Below, one piece after another: positions 9,941 to 19,448 of a stretch of DNA of 64,000 nucleotides (its first letter is position 1; every line of letters starts with the position of its first letter). The notes below the pieces were generated by a model, which saw only the letters and a program-made list of their open reading frames with translations, had not been told where the DNA came from and made no database searches. A program made the position numbers and the translations under genes. The DNA comes from an uncultured delta proteobacterium (GTDB lineage: Bacteria; Desulfobacterota; Binatia; UBA9968). The stretch covers positions 1 through 64,000 of the forward strand of contig CAVXEP010000013.1 of the NCBI GenBank assembly GCA_963760795.1, given 5' to 3'.

Positions 9941-11212
9941 TCACTTTTGCATCGCCGCCAGCGCCTGTTCCACCAACTTACGCCGCAGTTTCTTCTCGTC
10001 CTCTGCCGATACCTTGGCATCGCCGACCACATGGACGATGCCATTGCCGAGGACCAGCCGGTTGGCACCAACCATTTTTGCCACCGGCAGTGCCGCGGTA
10101 ATTTGCACCGTGGGGATTCCAGCTTTTTCCAACTCCGTGGTGATCGCAGCGCCGCTGCGAGTGCTGGTCCCTCACGTCGAGGTGAGGATAATCGCATCGA
10201 TACCCAACTCTTTTGCCTTGGCCGCCATCTCCCGCCCCATGCGCCGGGTGTTCGACAATGGATTGGACAGCCCCGAAGTGGAAATAAATTCTTCGTGCAA
10301 CTGACCGATCACGCCCTCCCGCTCGAGGTCGCGCATGACGTCCAGCGGCACCAGCCGGTCCGGGTCCTGGCGGACAAACTGCGGATCGTAGCCGCCGTGG
10401 GAAATCTCATAATCGGCGCCATTCAAATCCTGGCAGTCCTTGATGCTGTAGCTGCCCCAGCGCGTCGCCGCCGAACCCTGGATCTTATCCGGGTTGCCCT
10501 TCGGCACCAGCCCACCGTCGGTGACCAGCATCACCTTCGCCTTGGTTAAATCGGCGATCGCCGGCGGCAGCGGCACCGGCGCGAATTGAGTCGGACTCAT
10601 CTCGCTATCGAACGCTTCGCCCTTGACCTTTTTAAGCACCATATCGACTAGCCGCTGGCCGGCGGAGCGCTCGACAAACTGATCGCGAATCAAGCCGCGA
10701 GCGATATAACCTTCGACCCTAGGGCTGCCGATACTCTCACCGCGCAGGAGCTTTTGCGCCAAGGCTGCCATGCGCGCCAGCACATCGCGCATCTTCGCGC
10801 CATTATCCCCTGAGTCGACGATATACATGAACTCGCGGTAGAGATCGGCGCCGGGATTTTCCGCCGCCATGGCGGTGACGACGGGAATGTTCAATTTATT
10901 TTGCACCGCCGCGCACAGAGCCCCCGCCGCCATGCCGTAGCGCCCCGCTAAGAAGCATGGCCCAGCGATGAACAGTTCGGCATTCGCCGCGCGAACTTTC
11001 TCCAACACCTTGGCGGTTAGCGCTTCCTGATTTTCCACCGCGTAGTTATCGCCGCAGACGAGTGTCGTCACAATATGACACTCGCCGCCTAAAAGCTGCT
11101 CAAGTAGCTTGCCCGGTCCCACCGCACCATCGCGAATTTCCAGCGCGATTCCGGCAAGTTCTTCACCGCCGAGTCCGCCGAAAAATTGATTTAAATAATG
11201 TACGATTCGCAT
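9941..11212 (-). CDS. grdB: Glycine/sarcosine/betaine reductase selenoprotein B family protein (Sec at codon 347, UGA 10172-10174), 423 aa
   Basis: MRIVHYLNQFFGG, GPCFLAGRYG, LVTDGGLVPKGNPDKI, HGGYD, DPDRLVPLD. ORFs 10172..11251 and 9941..10132 are in frame across UGA: IILTST-U-GTSTRSGAAITTELEKAGIP. RBS GGAG upstream. Confidence 0.9.
10144..10160 (-). promoter_or_regulatory. Putative bacterial SECIS hairpin of the grdB-like gene
   Basis: UGA + 11 nt (GGGACCAGCAC), then UCGCAGC-GGC-GCUGCGA: perfect 7-bp stem with a G-initial loop. Confidence 0.72.
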
Positions 11213-11238
11213 TGGATTGCTCCTTGTAAGATCTGCCG

Positions 11239-11262
11239 CAGGGCGCAGCATGCTGCGCCCTG
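11239..11262. repeat. Perfect 24-bp palindrome (REP-like) between grdE and grdB
   Basis: cagggcgcagca/tgctgcgccctg. Confidence 0.7.
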
Positions 11263-11308
11263 ATCTTTTGTGTAATTTGCGTTCTTTGCGGCCAAACTCT
11301 TTATCATC

Positions 11309-12584
11309 TCAGTAAACGGTGGAGCGCAACCGTGACGCCCCCTGCTGATTTGCGACGCCGATCACGTTGAGCGAATCGATTTCCAACGGGCCGGCGAGCA
11401 GTCTCCGCCAGACCGCTATTGGCCGCGATCACGCGCTCGACTTGCGGCAGCTTCCAATGGGTGTCATTGCCGCCGATGCAGACGATGGCGTCGACCTCGG
11501 GGAAGTTGAAGAGTAGGGCTGACTCAACCTTATGATCCCGCGCCGCATCGGTGACTTGTACCGCGGTCTTCACGCCCATGATTTCTAACAATCGCGCGGT
11601 CTCCGACAAATCCGTATGCGGCACGCCGCCGCCGAACTTGGTCAGCACCGCCGCGTCGGCGCGCAGTGCCCACTTGGCAAGATTGGCGGCAAAGCGGGTG
11701 TTGCGCTCGCGGTCGAAATTATTCGCCGAGGCGATGGTCGCCACCGTGCCGGCGAAATTTATCTCGCCAGTCCGATGACGCCGGTAGAGTTCGAGAATCA
11801 CCGGATGATTTTGATAGAAATAGGTTTCCGCGCCGCCGATCGACGCGTGGTACGACGGCACCAACGCCCCGTCGAGCCACTCGTTGGGATGGAGCAACGT
11901 CGGTAACATGCCGTCAGTGTCGGCGCCGTAAAGAATATGCTCATCGGCTTCCGGTTTGCGCTGGCGCGAAAAAATTTGGCCAATGTAAGCGAGCCGGGGT
12001 AAGCCGGCGCGCGTCTCGGAGTCCGCGTTATCAAATACTTCAGTCCGGGCTGGTGCAGCGGAGAAAGCCGCCTGTGCTAGGCGCACGGCGATTTTCAAAT
12101 GAGCTAAACGATAAGCACGCTGCCGTGCGGCCGCAGGAGTGTTCGGCCGAGTATGCGGCACGACGATCAAGTGTTGCAGCGTGCCATAAGGCGAGCCCGC
12201 CGCCGGCGCGCCGCTCATTTCGAGGACGTAGCCTGTGGCGCCGCGCGAATCGCCCGAAGAGTCTTCGCGCAACATGGTCACCGCTGCACCCGCCAGCGCA
12301 TGACTCGTACCGCTGCCGGCAGTATGCGGCGCGCCGAGAATCCCCGGCCAGTCCGGGCTGCCGCCCGGCGCTTTGGCGCGCGGCTCGACGATATCGAACA
12401 CCGGCCCGGCACGCAGGCTGTCGTTGGGCGCGGCGACGGCGAAGTCGACCGCGTCGATTAGCGGATCTTCGAGGACGATGGCGCGCAATTCGTCTTGGCT
12501 GACGGTCAGCGCCGTGCCGTCCAAACTCAGGCGCTCGCCGAAACCAATCGAATTAACCGGGTGATAAGCCAGTGTCAGTTGCAT
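11309..12584 (-). CDS. grdE: Glycine/sarcosine/betaine reductase component B alpha/beta proprotein (GrdE/GrdI-like); frameshift near 11401
   Basis: DIVEPRAK, EMSG, PTLLHPNEWLDGALV, TYFYQNHPVILELY, TKFGGGVPHTD. The alternative frame gives a family-like end LEIDSLNVIGVANQQGASRLRSTVY* (TGA 11309-11311). Confidence 0.82.
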
Positions 12585-12631
12585 AGACTCTTTCCCAGCA
12601 GACTTAGTACCGGAGCAAGGATTTTATCAAT

Positions 12632-13612
12632 TCACGAACCCGGCTGCCAGCCTTTGGCCTGCAGCGCCGCGTTGGCTTTGCGCACGAATGAGAAATCGAA
12701 CACCTTTTCCATCGGCGGGATTTCTTTCAATCCGGCAGTCTTAGCGACAAAGGCCGCCATTTTCTTTTGCGCCTCTTCAGATGAAGTACCATCGGCGGTC
12801 ATGGTCGGCCTCGACGAATCGTAAACTTTGGCGGCGATGCCATCGTCGATCTTTAGACTCTTGGACAACACCTTGATCGCGCCGCCGCGATTGTCGCGCG
12901 AGTAAAGAAATCCCATCATCGACGCGCGCACGAAGCGCTCCACCAGCGGCGCATCGGCGCGCAGCATCTCATCCCGAGCGACGATGCCGCCTCCCGGCAG
13001 CAGTAGACCCTGCTCGCGAAACACCACCAGCTCGCGGAAGCCGGCGTCTTTGGCAGTAAAGGTAAACGGCGCGATGATCATCGCGCCATCCACGGCGCCG
13101 CTGATCAAACTGTTCACCCGCGTATCCGCTGCGCCCATGCTGAGAATCGTCACGTCGCGGTTGGCGTCCAAGCCGTTGGCTATCAAAACCTCGCGCAAGA
13201 TCAGGTCGTCGATCACGCCGGGTCCGGACACCGCCAGCTTTTTACCGCGCAGCAATTTCAAATTTTGCAGCTCGTTCTTGGCAAACAGCACATGCTGCGG
13301 CTTGTCAAAGTGTACCATCAGAACCTTTAAAGCACCGGTGCGCAGCGCCGTGTTAAGCCCCACCAGCGGCACGGTGGAGAACTCCACGCTGCCGCTCAGC
13401 ACGGCGAGATTGGCCGTCGGCGCGCGCATGGCGATCAATTCGACGTCCAAGCCTTCGCCGGCGTAATAGCCGTTTAACTTCGCGGTGAGAAACGATAGGC
13501 CGGCGATGGTGTACCCCGGCATCGCGACGCGAACTTTGCGGCTTTGCGCGCTTAGGTCGACGGAACCCAACGAAATGATAGTAACGACGCCGATCAATAT
13601 CCGAAGAATCAT
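12632..13612 (-). CDS. NitT/TauT family ABC substrate-binding protein, first gene of the grdE-grdB operon
   Basis: AGGAG RBS, signal peptide, LRGKKLAVSG, VFDFSFV. Confidence 0.87.
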   Translation of the reverse strand: MILRILIGVVTIISLGSVDLSAQSRKVRVAMPGYTIAGLSFLTAKLNGYYAGEGLDVELIAMRAPTANLAVLSGSVEFSTVPLVGLNTALRTGALKVLMVHFDKPQHVLFAKNELQNLKLLRGKKLAVSGPGVIDDLILREVLIANGLDANRDVTILSMGAADTRVNSLISGAVDGAMIIAPFTFTAKDAGFRELVVFREQGLLLPGGGIVARDEMLRADAPLVERFVRASMMGFLYSRDNRGGAIKVLSKSLKIDDGIAAKVYDSSRPTMTADGTSSEEAQKKMAAFVAKTAGLKEIPPMEKVFDFSFVRKANAALQAKGWQPGS

Positions 13613-13736
13613 GCTGGCAACTCCTACCGTTGCTTTGCGCCTCGACTGCACGAGATGTAGTTGGGCAGAGAGCGCTTGTCAATTGACCACCGGGAAAGAA
13701 TTGATTACTTCAATCAAGACCGCAACGGAGACAAAC

Positions 13737-14612
13737 ATGCTTAGCTTAACCCGGATGGTCATACTCTGTATCGTGCTGCTTTGCGCCGCCGGCACACCCG
13801 CCCAAGAGCGCTTTTCGTTTTTCCAAGCGAGCACTCCCGAGAGCGTCGAGCGCATGCTCAAGCTCGCCAACCTGCGCGACGACGACATAATCGTCGACCT
13901 CGGCTCGGGCGACGGCCTCATTGTCCTCACCGCGGCCAAGATGAACGCAAAACTGCGCGGCTGGGGCGTCGATATCGACCAGAAGCTGATCGCCGAATCC
14001 AACGGCGTCGCCAAAGCCCAGGGAGTCGCCGACCGCGTACAATTTTTCCATCAGAATGCCTTCGACGCCGACCTGCGCGAAGCCACGGTGATCACCCTGT
14101 GGTTATTCCCAGAACTCCTGCGCCTGCTCAGGCCAATCATTTTCGAACGAGCGCGTCCAGGCACACGTGTCCTAACCAGCACCTGGGACTTCGGCACTTG
14201 GCCCGCCGACAAGATCGACGCCGGCAATCCATCGATCCAACTCTGGACCGTGCCCGCCCGAGTCGCCGGCAACTGGAGCTGGGAATTCCCCCTAGCCAAC
14301 CAGCGGGTTGCCTACGCCGCGGTGCTGGACCAGCTATTTCAAGCCGCCGAAGGCGTCGTCCGCGCCGGCCCCAACCGTGAAGTGCTCACAGATGTGAAGT
14401 TGGCCGGCGAGAACATCTCCTTCAATCTCGCCATGACTCTCGAGGGGTTGGGCCTCACCCGCCACGAGTTCACTGGCAAGGTCCGCGGCGAGCAAATCGA
14501 CGGAACCGCTCAAGTGATCTTACCGGAAGGAAATCGGCTCGAACTACCCTGGCGTGCGTCGCGCACATCGGACTCAAACTACTTTGCGCCAACCGGCGTT
14601 AACATACCGTGA
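13737..14612 (+). CDS. Class I SAM-dependent methyltransferase with N-terminal signal/anchor
   Basis: VDLGSGDG motif I, GVDID, ADLREATVITLW; GGAG RBS before ATG 13737. Confidence 0.8.
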   Translation: MLSLTRMVILCIVLLCAAGTPAQERFSFFQASTPESVERMLKLANLRDDDIIVDLGSGDGLIVLTAAKMNAKLRGWGVDIDQKLIAESNGVAKAQGVADRVQFFHQNAFDADLREATVITLWLFPELLRLLRPIIFERARPGTRVLTSTWDFGTWPADKIDAGNPSIQLWTVPARVAGNWSWEFPLANQRVAYAAVLDQLFQAAEGVVRAGPNREVLTDVKLAGENISFNLAMTLEGLGLTRHEFTGKVRGEQIDGTAQVILPEGNRLELPWRASRTSDSNYFAPTGVNIP

Positions 14613-15010
14613 TACGGTAATTCAAAGATATACATTGGACCCAATCGCTCTGAACGCTCTTCGTATCGAGGTCACGCAACGACGAACCGTTCGTGTGATG
14701 CTCTATTACCGCGACTCTTTTTGCACCGAGTGAACGCAAGCACCTAGCCCGCAGAATTTCCTTGCCGGACCGGCGAAAGTTTTCTAAGTGAATTCGATAG
14801 CGACTTTCATCCGGTTTGCATCGCCCGCATGGCGGGTTAGATAGACCGTAGAGCTTTTGGGCCCACCGACAAAATCGAACACGGCAATTCATCGATCCTC
14901 GGTCGCTTAATCCGCAGAATGGCACACCCTGTCGCATTCATTCCTATGCACCGTCATTGCTTGACATCCGCCCTAGGTCGGCATTACGCTCAGAGATCGG
15001 AGGAGAAACC

Positions 15011-16184
15011 ATGGCGAAAAAAGGTTTCAAAGTTTTCGACAGCGACATGCATATCATGGAGCCGCCCGATCTTTGGGAGCGCTACATCGATCCCAAGTTT
15101 CGCGATCAGGCGCCGCGCGGCAGAACGTCGGATAATGTGCGCGATCTCGGCACGATTTTTCCTAACGTGCCCAAGGACACCCGGCGCACCGGCGGCACGC
15201 CGCACCGCGGCAGCAATTTTAACAAGAACCAGGAAATCTATCGCAGCCACGCCGAGCGCGGCTGGACCGGTCAGGTGCAGTTGGAAGCGATGGACACCGA
15301 AGGCATCGATACCGCGGTGCTGTTCCCGACCCGTGGCTTGGGCATCCTGACCTTTCCCGACCAAGATCCGCGCTTCGCCGACGCCATGGCGCGCGCCTAC
15401 AACGACTGGCTGCATGACTTCTGCTCCGCCGATCCCGAACGTTTACTCGGCGCCGGCATGATCTCGGTTTACGACCTCGACGACGCTTTGCGCGAAACCC
15501 GCCGGGTCAAAGAAGAGTATGGTTTCCGTTCGGTGTTTCTGCGCTCGAACATCATCAACGGCAAAAACTGGTACGACCCGCACTACGAGCCGCTGTGGGA
15601 TTTGCTCGAAGAGCTGAACCTGCCGCTGGGCTTTCACGAGGCCTCGGCGTCACGTTCGCGCCAGGCCGCGGAACACTTCGAGCCCAACTTCGGCCTGCGC
15701 CGGGTCTACGCCCAGCCGTTCGAGCAGATGATGGGCATGGGCGCTTTCTTGGGCGGCGGCATTTTGGAACGCCACCCGAAGATGCGCGTGGCCTTTCTCG
15801 AAGCCAACTGCTCCTGGCTGCCTTGGCTGCTTTGGCGCCTGGACGAGGGCTACGAGCGCGAAGGCGATGTCTTCATGCCGGATCTGAAGATGAAGCCCAG
15901 CGAGTATTTCAAGCGCCAGTGCTGGATCTCCATCGAACCGGATGAAGCGCCGGCGCGTTATACGATCGAGGAATTCGGCTGCGATCAGTTGGTATTTTCC
16001 ACCGACTATCCCCATGGCGACTCGAAGTACCCCCATGCCGTCGAAAGCTTTCTTGAGCTGACACTTTCCGACGACAACAAGCGCAAGATCCTGTGGGACA
16101 ACTGCGCGCGCTTTTACGGCGCCGGAGAATATCGAAAGCCGGAGCAATACCGCGGCAACCCATCAACAACAAATCCAACCCTAA
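15011..16184 (+). CDS. Amidohydrolase_2 family protein (3' end uncertain, stop lost by a probable frameshift)
   Basis: FDSDMHIMEP, RAYNDWL, FSTDYPHGD, KILWDNCARFY. Homology ends ~16120; the 596-aa ORF runs into the next gene. Confidence 0.85.
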
Positions 16185-16197
16185 CCCAGGAGGAAAC

Positions 16198-16837
16198 ATG
16201 GAAACTCAAACCGCAGACAAACACAGAGAGACAGACGAGCAGCGAAAACGCCAGGGACCGTTTCATCAGAAAGACCCGCGAGCTATTCGCCAAGGAAGTC
16301 CGATCTCGACAAACGCTGGAACGGCCTGCGGCCGGTCTTGGCCGAGCTCTTGGCCGATCCCGACATGATCGCCGCCTCGAAAAAATGGCCCGACTGCGTG
16401 CCCGCCAACGGCCGCGCCGAGAATCTGCTGTTCTACGAGGACCCCGATTACGGCTTCGCCATCAACGGCCTGACCAAAGGCCAAGCGCGCCAAGGCGTGG
16501 CGGCACGGATTCACGATCACGCCCATATCTACACGCTCTATGGCGTCATCGATGGCCGGGAGAAAGTCGTGCGCTACGACCGGATCGACGATCGCTCGAA
16601 ACCGAACTTCGCGCAGATCAAAGAATCGGCCAACGTGCTCTGCGGCCCCGGCGACATCGATCTGGTGAAGCCCTACGAAATCCACACCGAACTCACCGTC
16701 GGCGAGCGCACGGTGGCGGTCATCATCCGCAGCCAAAAAGGCGGTGACTTCAACCAGGGCCGGTACAATACCGAAACCAACGAATACTTCGAAAGCTTGG
16801 GCCCAGGCAGACGCCCTGCGAGATGATGCCGAAGTAG
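16198..16837 (+). CDS. Cysteine-dioxygenase-like cupin (frameshifted)
   Basis: AGGAGG RBS before ATG 16198; IHDHAHIYTLYGVIDGRE...EIHTE (three-His cupin). Frame changes near 16230, 16300 and ~16805. Confidence 0.6.
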
Positions 16838-16870
16838 GAAGACTATCAAAGAGAAGCTGAAAGAATCGTT

Positions 16871-16950
16871 CACCACGAAGCATACGAAGAGCACGAAGTT
16901 ACGGAGTTTGATTTTTACAAACCTTCGTGGCCTTCGTGATCTTCGTGGTG
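16871..16950. repeat. 9-bp-period palindromic repeat (CACGAAGnn x3 / nnCTTCGTG x3)
   Basis: caccacgaagcatacgaagagcacgaag...cttcgtggccttcgtgatcttcgtggtg. Confidence 0.85.
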
Positions 16951-17020
16951 GAATCGACTCTTCGTAGTAACCGGCAACGTTACATTCCAGGGGCCGACGG
17001 GTTGAGAAAGGGAGTCGCTT

Positions 17021-17857
17021 ATGTCACGAGCCGAACGAGTCGAAGCATCGGCACCGGCCTTTGAAGCGCTGCTGCATTACCTCACCGACACCACCGAGAC
17101 GCCCGAAAGTTACGGCGGCGTCAGCCAATCGGAGGCGGATCAAAAGCGCAAGGGCAAATACGCCGAGCATTCGATGCCGATTTACAACGGCCGCACCATC
17201 GCCGATCGGCTGTCACTGGAGCGTGAAGGGTTTGTCCTGGTCGATCATGACACCCAGGTAAAGAATTTCTACGACGAGGCGGAGGTGCGCTCGGTCTACT
17301 ACAAAGAAACCGAGGAGCTGGTAAAGCGAATATCCGGCGCCAAACGGGTGTTGGTATTCGATCACACGCTGCGCTCTGCCGACATGGCGACCCGGGAGGA
17401 AAAACAGATCAGCGGCCCGGTGCGTAACGCGCATAACGACTACACCGAATGGTCCGGACCGCAGCGTGTGCGCGACCTGTTGCCGGATGAAGCCGAAGAC
17501 CTACTCAAACATCGCTTCGCGGTGGTGCAAACCTGGCGGCCGATTAATAAACCGGTTACGCGAGAGCCGCTGGCGATAGCCGACGCCCGCACCATCGGTA
17601 CCAAGGAGTTAATAGCGAGCGCGCGCATCTACCCCGACCGCCGCGGCGAGGTTTACCACTCCTCATTCAATCCGCAGCACCGCTGGTATTACTTCCCGAA
17701 CATGCAGCGCAATGAGGCGATGGTGTTTAAGACCTTCGATTCGATGAAAGACGGCCGCGCCCGCTGGACGGCCCACTGCGCCTTTGACGACCCGACCAGC
17801 CCACCGGATGCGCCGCCACGCGAGAGCATTGAAATGCGCACCTTAGCTTTCTTCTAA
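17021..17857 (+). CDS. CmcJ/NvfI (AsaB-like) family oxidoreductase
   Basis: LEREGF, VFDHTLR, AHNDYT, WRPI, PLAIAD, AHCAFDDP, RESIEMR. Confidence 0.85.
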   Translation: MSRAERVEASAPAFEALLHYLTDTTETPESYGGVSQSEADQKRKGKYAEHSMPIYNGRTIADRLSLEREGFVLVDHDTQVKNFYDEAEVRSVYYKETEELVKRISGAKRVLVFDHTLRSADMATREEKQISGPVRNAHNDYTEWSGPQRVRDLLPDEAEDLLKHRFAVVQTWRPINKPVTREPLAIADARTIGTKELIASARIYPDRRGEVYHSSFNPQHRWYYFPNMQRNEAMVFKTFDSMKDGRARWTAHCAFDDPTSPPDAPPRESIEMRTLAFF

Positions 17858-17874
17858 AAATTTAACTCGCTCAC

Positions 17875-17920
17875 AAACAAAAAAGGGCCTGCGTTATTTA
17901 GCGCAGGCCCTTTTTGTTTT
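17875..17920. terminator. Bidirectional intrinsic terminator
   Basis: aaacaaaaaagggcctgcg-loop-cgcaggccctttttgtttt between convergent ORFs. Confidence 0.85.
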
Positions 17921-17958
17921 TGCTATTCGCTCCAGCGAAATTTTCGAGCTTCGATCCG

Positions 17959-18021
17959 CTATTTTCGCGGTTTTTTTCTCGGCCGTTTCCGGCAGGTCAT
18001 ACAGTCGATTTTAGCAGCCAT
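17959..18021 (-). CDS. Putative 20-aa basic micropeptide MAAKIDCMTCRKRPRKKPRK
   Basis: Hand-translated. Strong RBS GGGGAGGG just upstream and a terminator ~40 nt downstream. Confidence 0.5.
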   Translation of the reverse strand: MAAKIDCMTCRKRPRKKPRK

Positions 18022-18270
18022 ATTGCCCTCCCCCTAGTTGGCGCAGGTACGCTTATCACCGGTTAGTTAGACGTCAAAGGGAGGGGGCGCGGGATTCACC
18101 CCACCAATGGGAGGTTTCCCGTTGAATTTCGCCGGGTTGAAAATATTTTTCCAGCCCAACGGGCCGGTTTAGCTAGCCAATCCTCAAGGTAATACTCCGA
18201 AATCTTGGCAAACGCCTGTTAACTAAGGGGAAGCTGCACTATTTATTGACACGGGAGAGTATCCCGCAAG

Positions 18271-18540
18271 CTACTTTCGGCTAATCTCGCGCAGCAACTT
18301 GAGCCACTTTTCTGATCGCTCCTCATACTCCGCCGTGGTTAGCCCCTTGTGGGATACCATTTTTCATAGCTGACTTTGCGCGTCGCGCTGGTGTAAAAAA
18401 TTTGTCGACGTACATCTTCTGCCCCTCCGGGCTGAGCAGAAAATCGATGAACAACAGCGCCGCGTGTGGATGCGGCGCATTAACCGGCACAACTTCGTCG
18501 GCAGCCAGCCCACCGGTGCGCCGCGGCTGGCCGCCGAGGG
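18271..18540 (-). pseudogene. C-terminal remnant of an extracellular solute-binding protein (Fe3+/thiamine-type)
   Basis: Fragments GAPVGWLP / APHPHAALLFIDFLLSPEGQKMY / EKWLKLLREISRK* in shifting frames, similar to the C-terminus of 42879..43874. Confidence 0.65.
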
Positions 18541-18643
18541 ATCAATTCTGCCAACGCGCTGTGATACCGGTAGCCTGGACGCTTGTGTTCCAGCCGTAAC
18601 ATCCTGTAGATTTAGTGGGACCGAACTAACCAGGAGGACATCC

Positions 18644-19090
18644 ATGGAAAAAATTGACAAGATTACCAAAGTCGACGTCGTCAATGAGGCTCAGTGGGGC
18701 AAGCCCACGGGCCGTAACTACGCACGTCCGACCCAAACCGACCGGCTCCACATCGCGCTCAACAGTTACGAGCCCGGCATCAATGACGAGCTGCACTGCC
18801 ATCCGGGCTCCGATCACACCTTTTTCGTGGTCCAGGGCGAGTGCACCATGAGGGGATTGCATGACGGCGAAGAGTTTCATCTCAAACAACACCAAGCCGT
18901 CCACGTCCCTCCGGGCTTTTTCTACCAGCTCAACAACACCGGCACCGAACGGCTGATCCTCTACCAGGTAAGCACCGAGCCATTGAAAAAACCTAAGATC
19001 GGCAAAGTGATCTACGGTGTTCATACCGGGCTGAAAGAACATCTATACAATCCGGTCAAATTGGAGAACAAACCAGCGGAGCAGCAGTAA
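18644..19090 (+). CDS. Cupin domain protein
   Basis: AGGAGG RBS; ELHCHPGSDHTFFVVQG, VHVPPGFFYQLNNTG. Confidence 0.8.
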   Translation: MEKIDKITKVDVVNEAQWGKPTGRNYARPTQTDRLHIALNSYEPGINDELHCHPGSDHTFFVVQGECTMRGLHDGEEFHLKQHQAVHVPPGFFYQLNNTGTERLILYQVSTEPLKKPKIGKVIYGVHTGLKEHLYNPVKLENKPAEQQ

Positions 19091-19347
19091 TGACGTTTGC
19101 CGAAGTACTCGATTGGTGCAAAAAACAAAAGGCCAACGTGCGCGGCCTCGGCCGTGGCATGGAGATCCCAATCTCTTATAAAGACCAACAACTCCCCGCC
19201 AACCTCCCCCCTATGAGCAAAGTCATGCACTGGGACCTGGAGATCGGCAACTGGAGCCACTACACCAGCGGCTCGGATATGGAGCTGATGGTCGCCGGCA
19301 AAATGACCGTCGACGAGTTTAAGGGTACTTTGCGCGGCGGGGGATGA
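19090..19347 (+). CDS. Hypothetical protein (85 aa), translationally coupled to the cupin
   Basis: TAATG overlap, plausible codon usage, terminator downstream. Confidence 0.7.
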   Translation: MTFAEVLDWCKKQKANVRGLGRGMEIPISYKDQQLPANLPPMSKVMHWDLEIGNWSHYTSGSDMELMVAGKMTVDEFKGTLRGGG

Positions 19348-19387
19348 AACGGTTGCGCGAAACCAATTTCGCTACTCACCTACCTAA

Positions 19388-19427
19388 AACAACGCCGCCC
19401 TGGAAAATCATCCAGGGCGGCGTTGTT
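19388..19427. terminator. Intrinsic terminator hairpin between convergent genes
   Basis: aacaacgccgccctgga-aaatca-tccagggcggcgttgtt (17-bp perfect stem). Confidence 0.8.
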
Positions 19428-19448
19428 ATTCAGATACCGTTGCAACTT

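Noticed and set aside
14920-14936. Sigma54-like TGGCAC upstream of the amidohydrolase
   Set aside because: GG-to-GC spacing is 11 nt rather than the required 10.
14957-16747. 596-aa amidohydrolase fusion protein
   Set aside because: The tail crosses an AGGAGG-ATG start and becomes out-of-frame cupin sequence; frameshift artefact.
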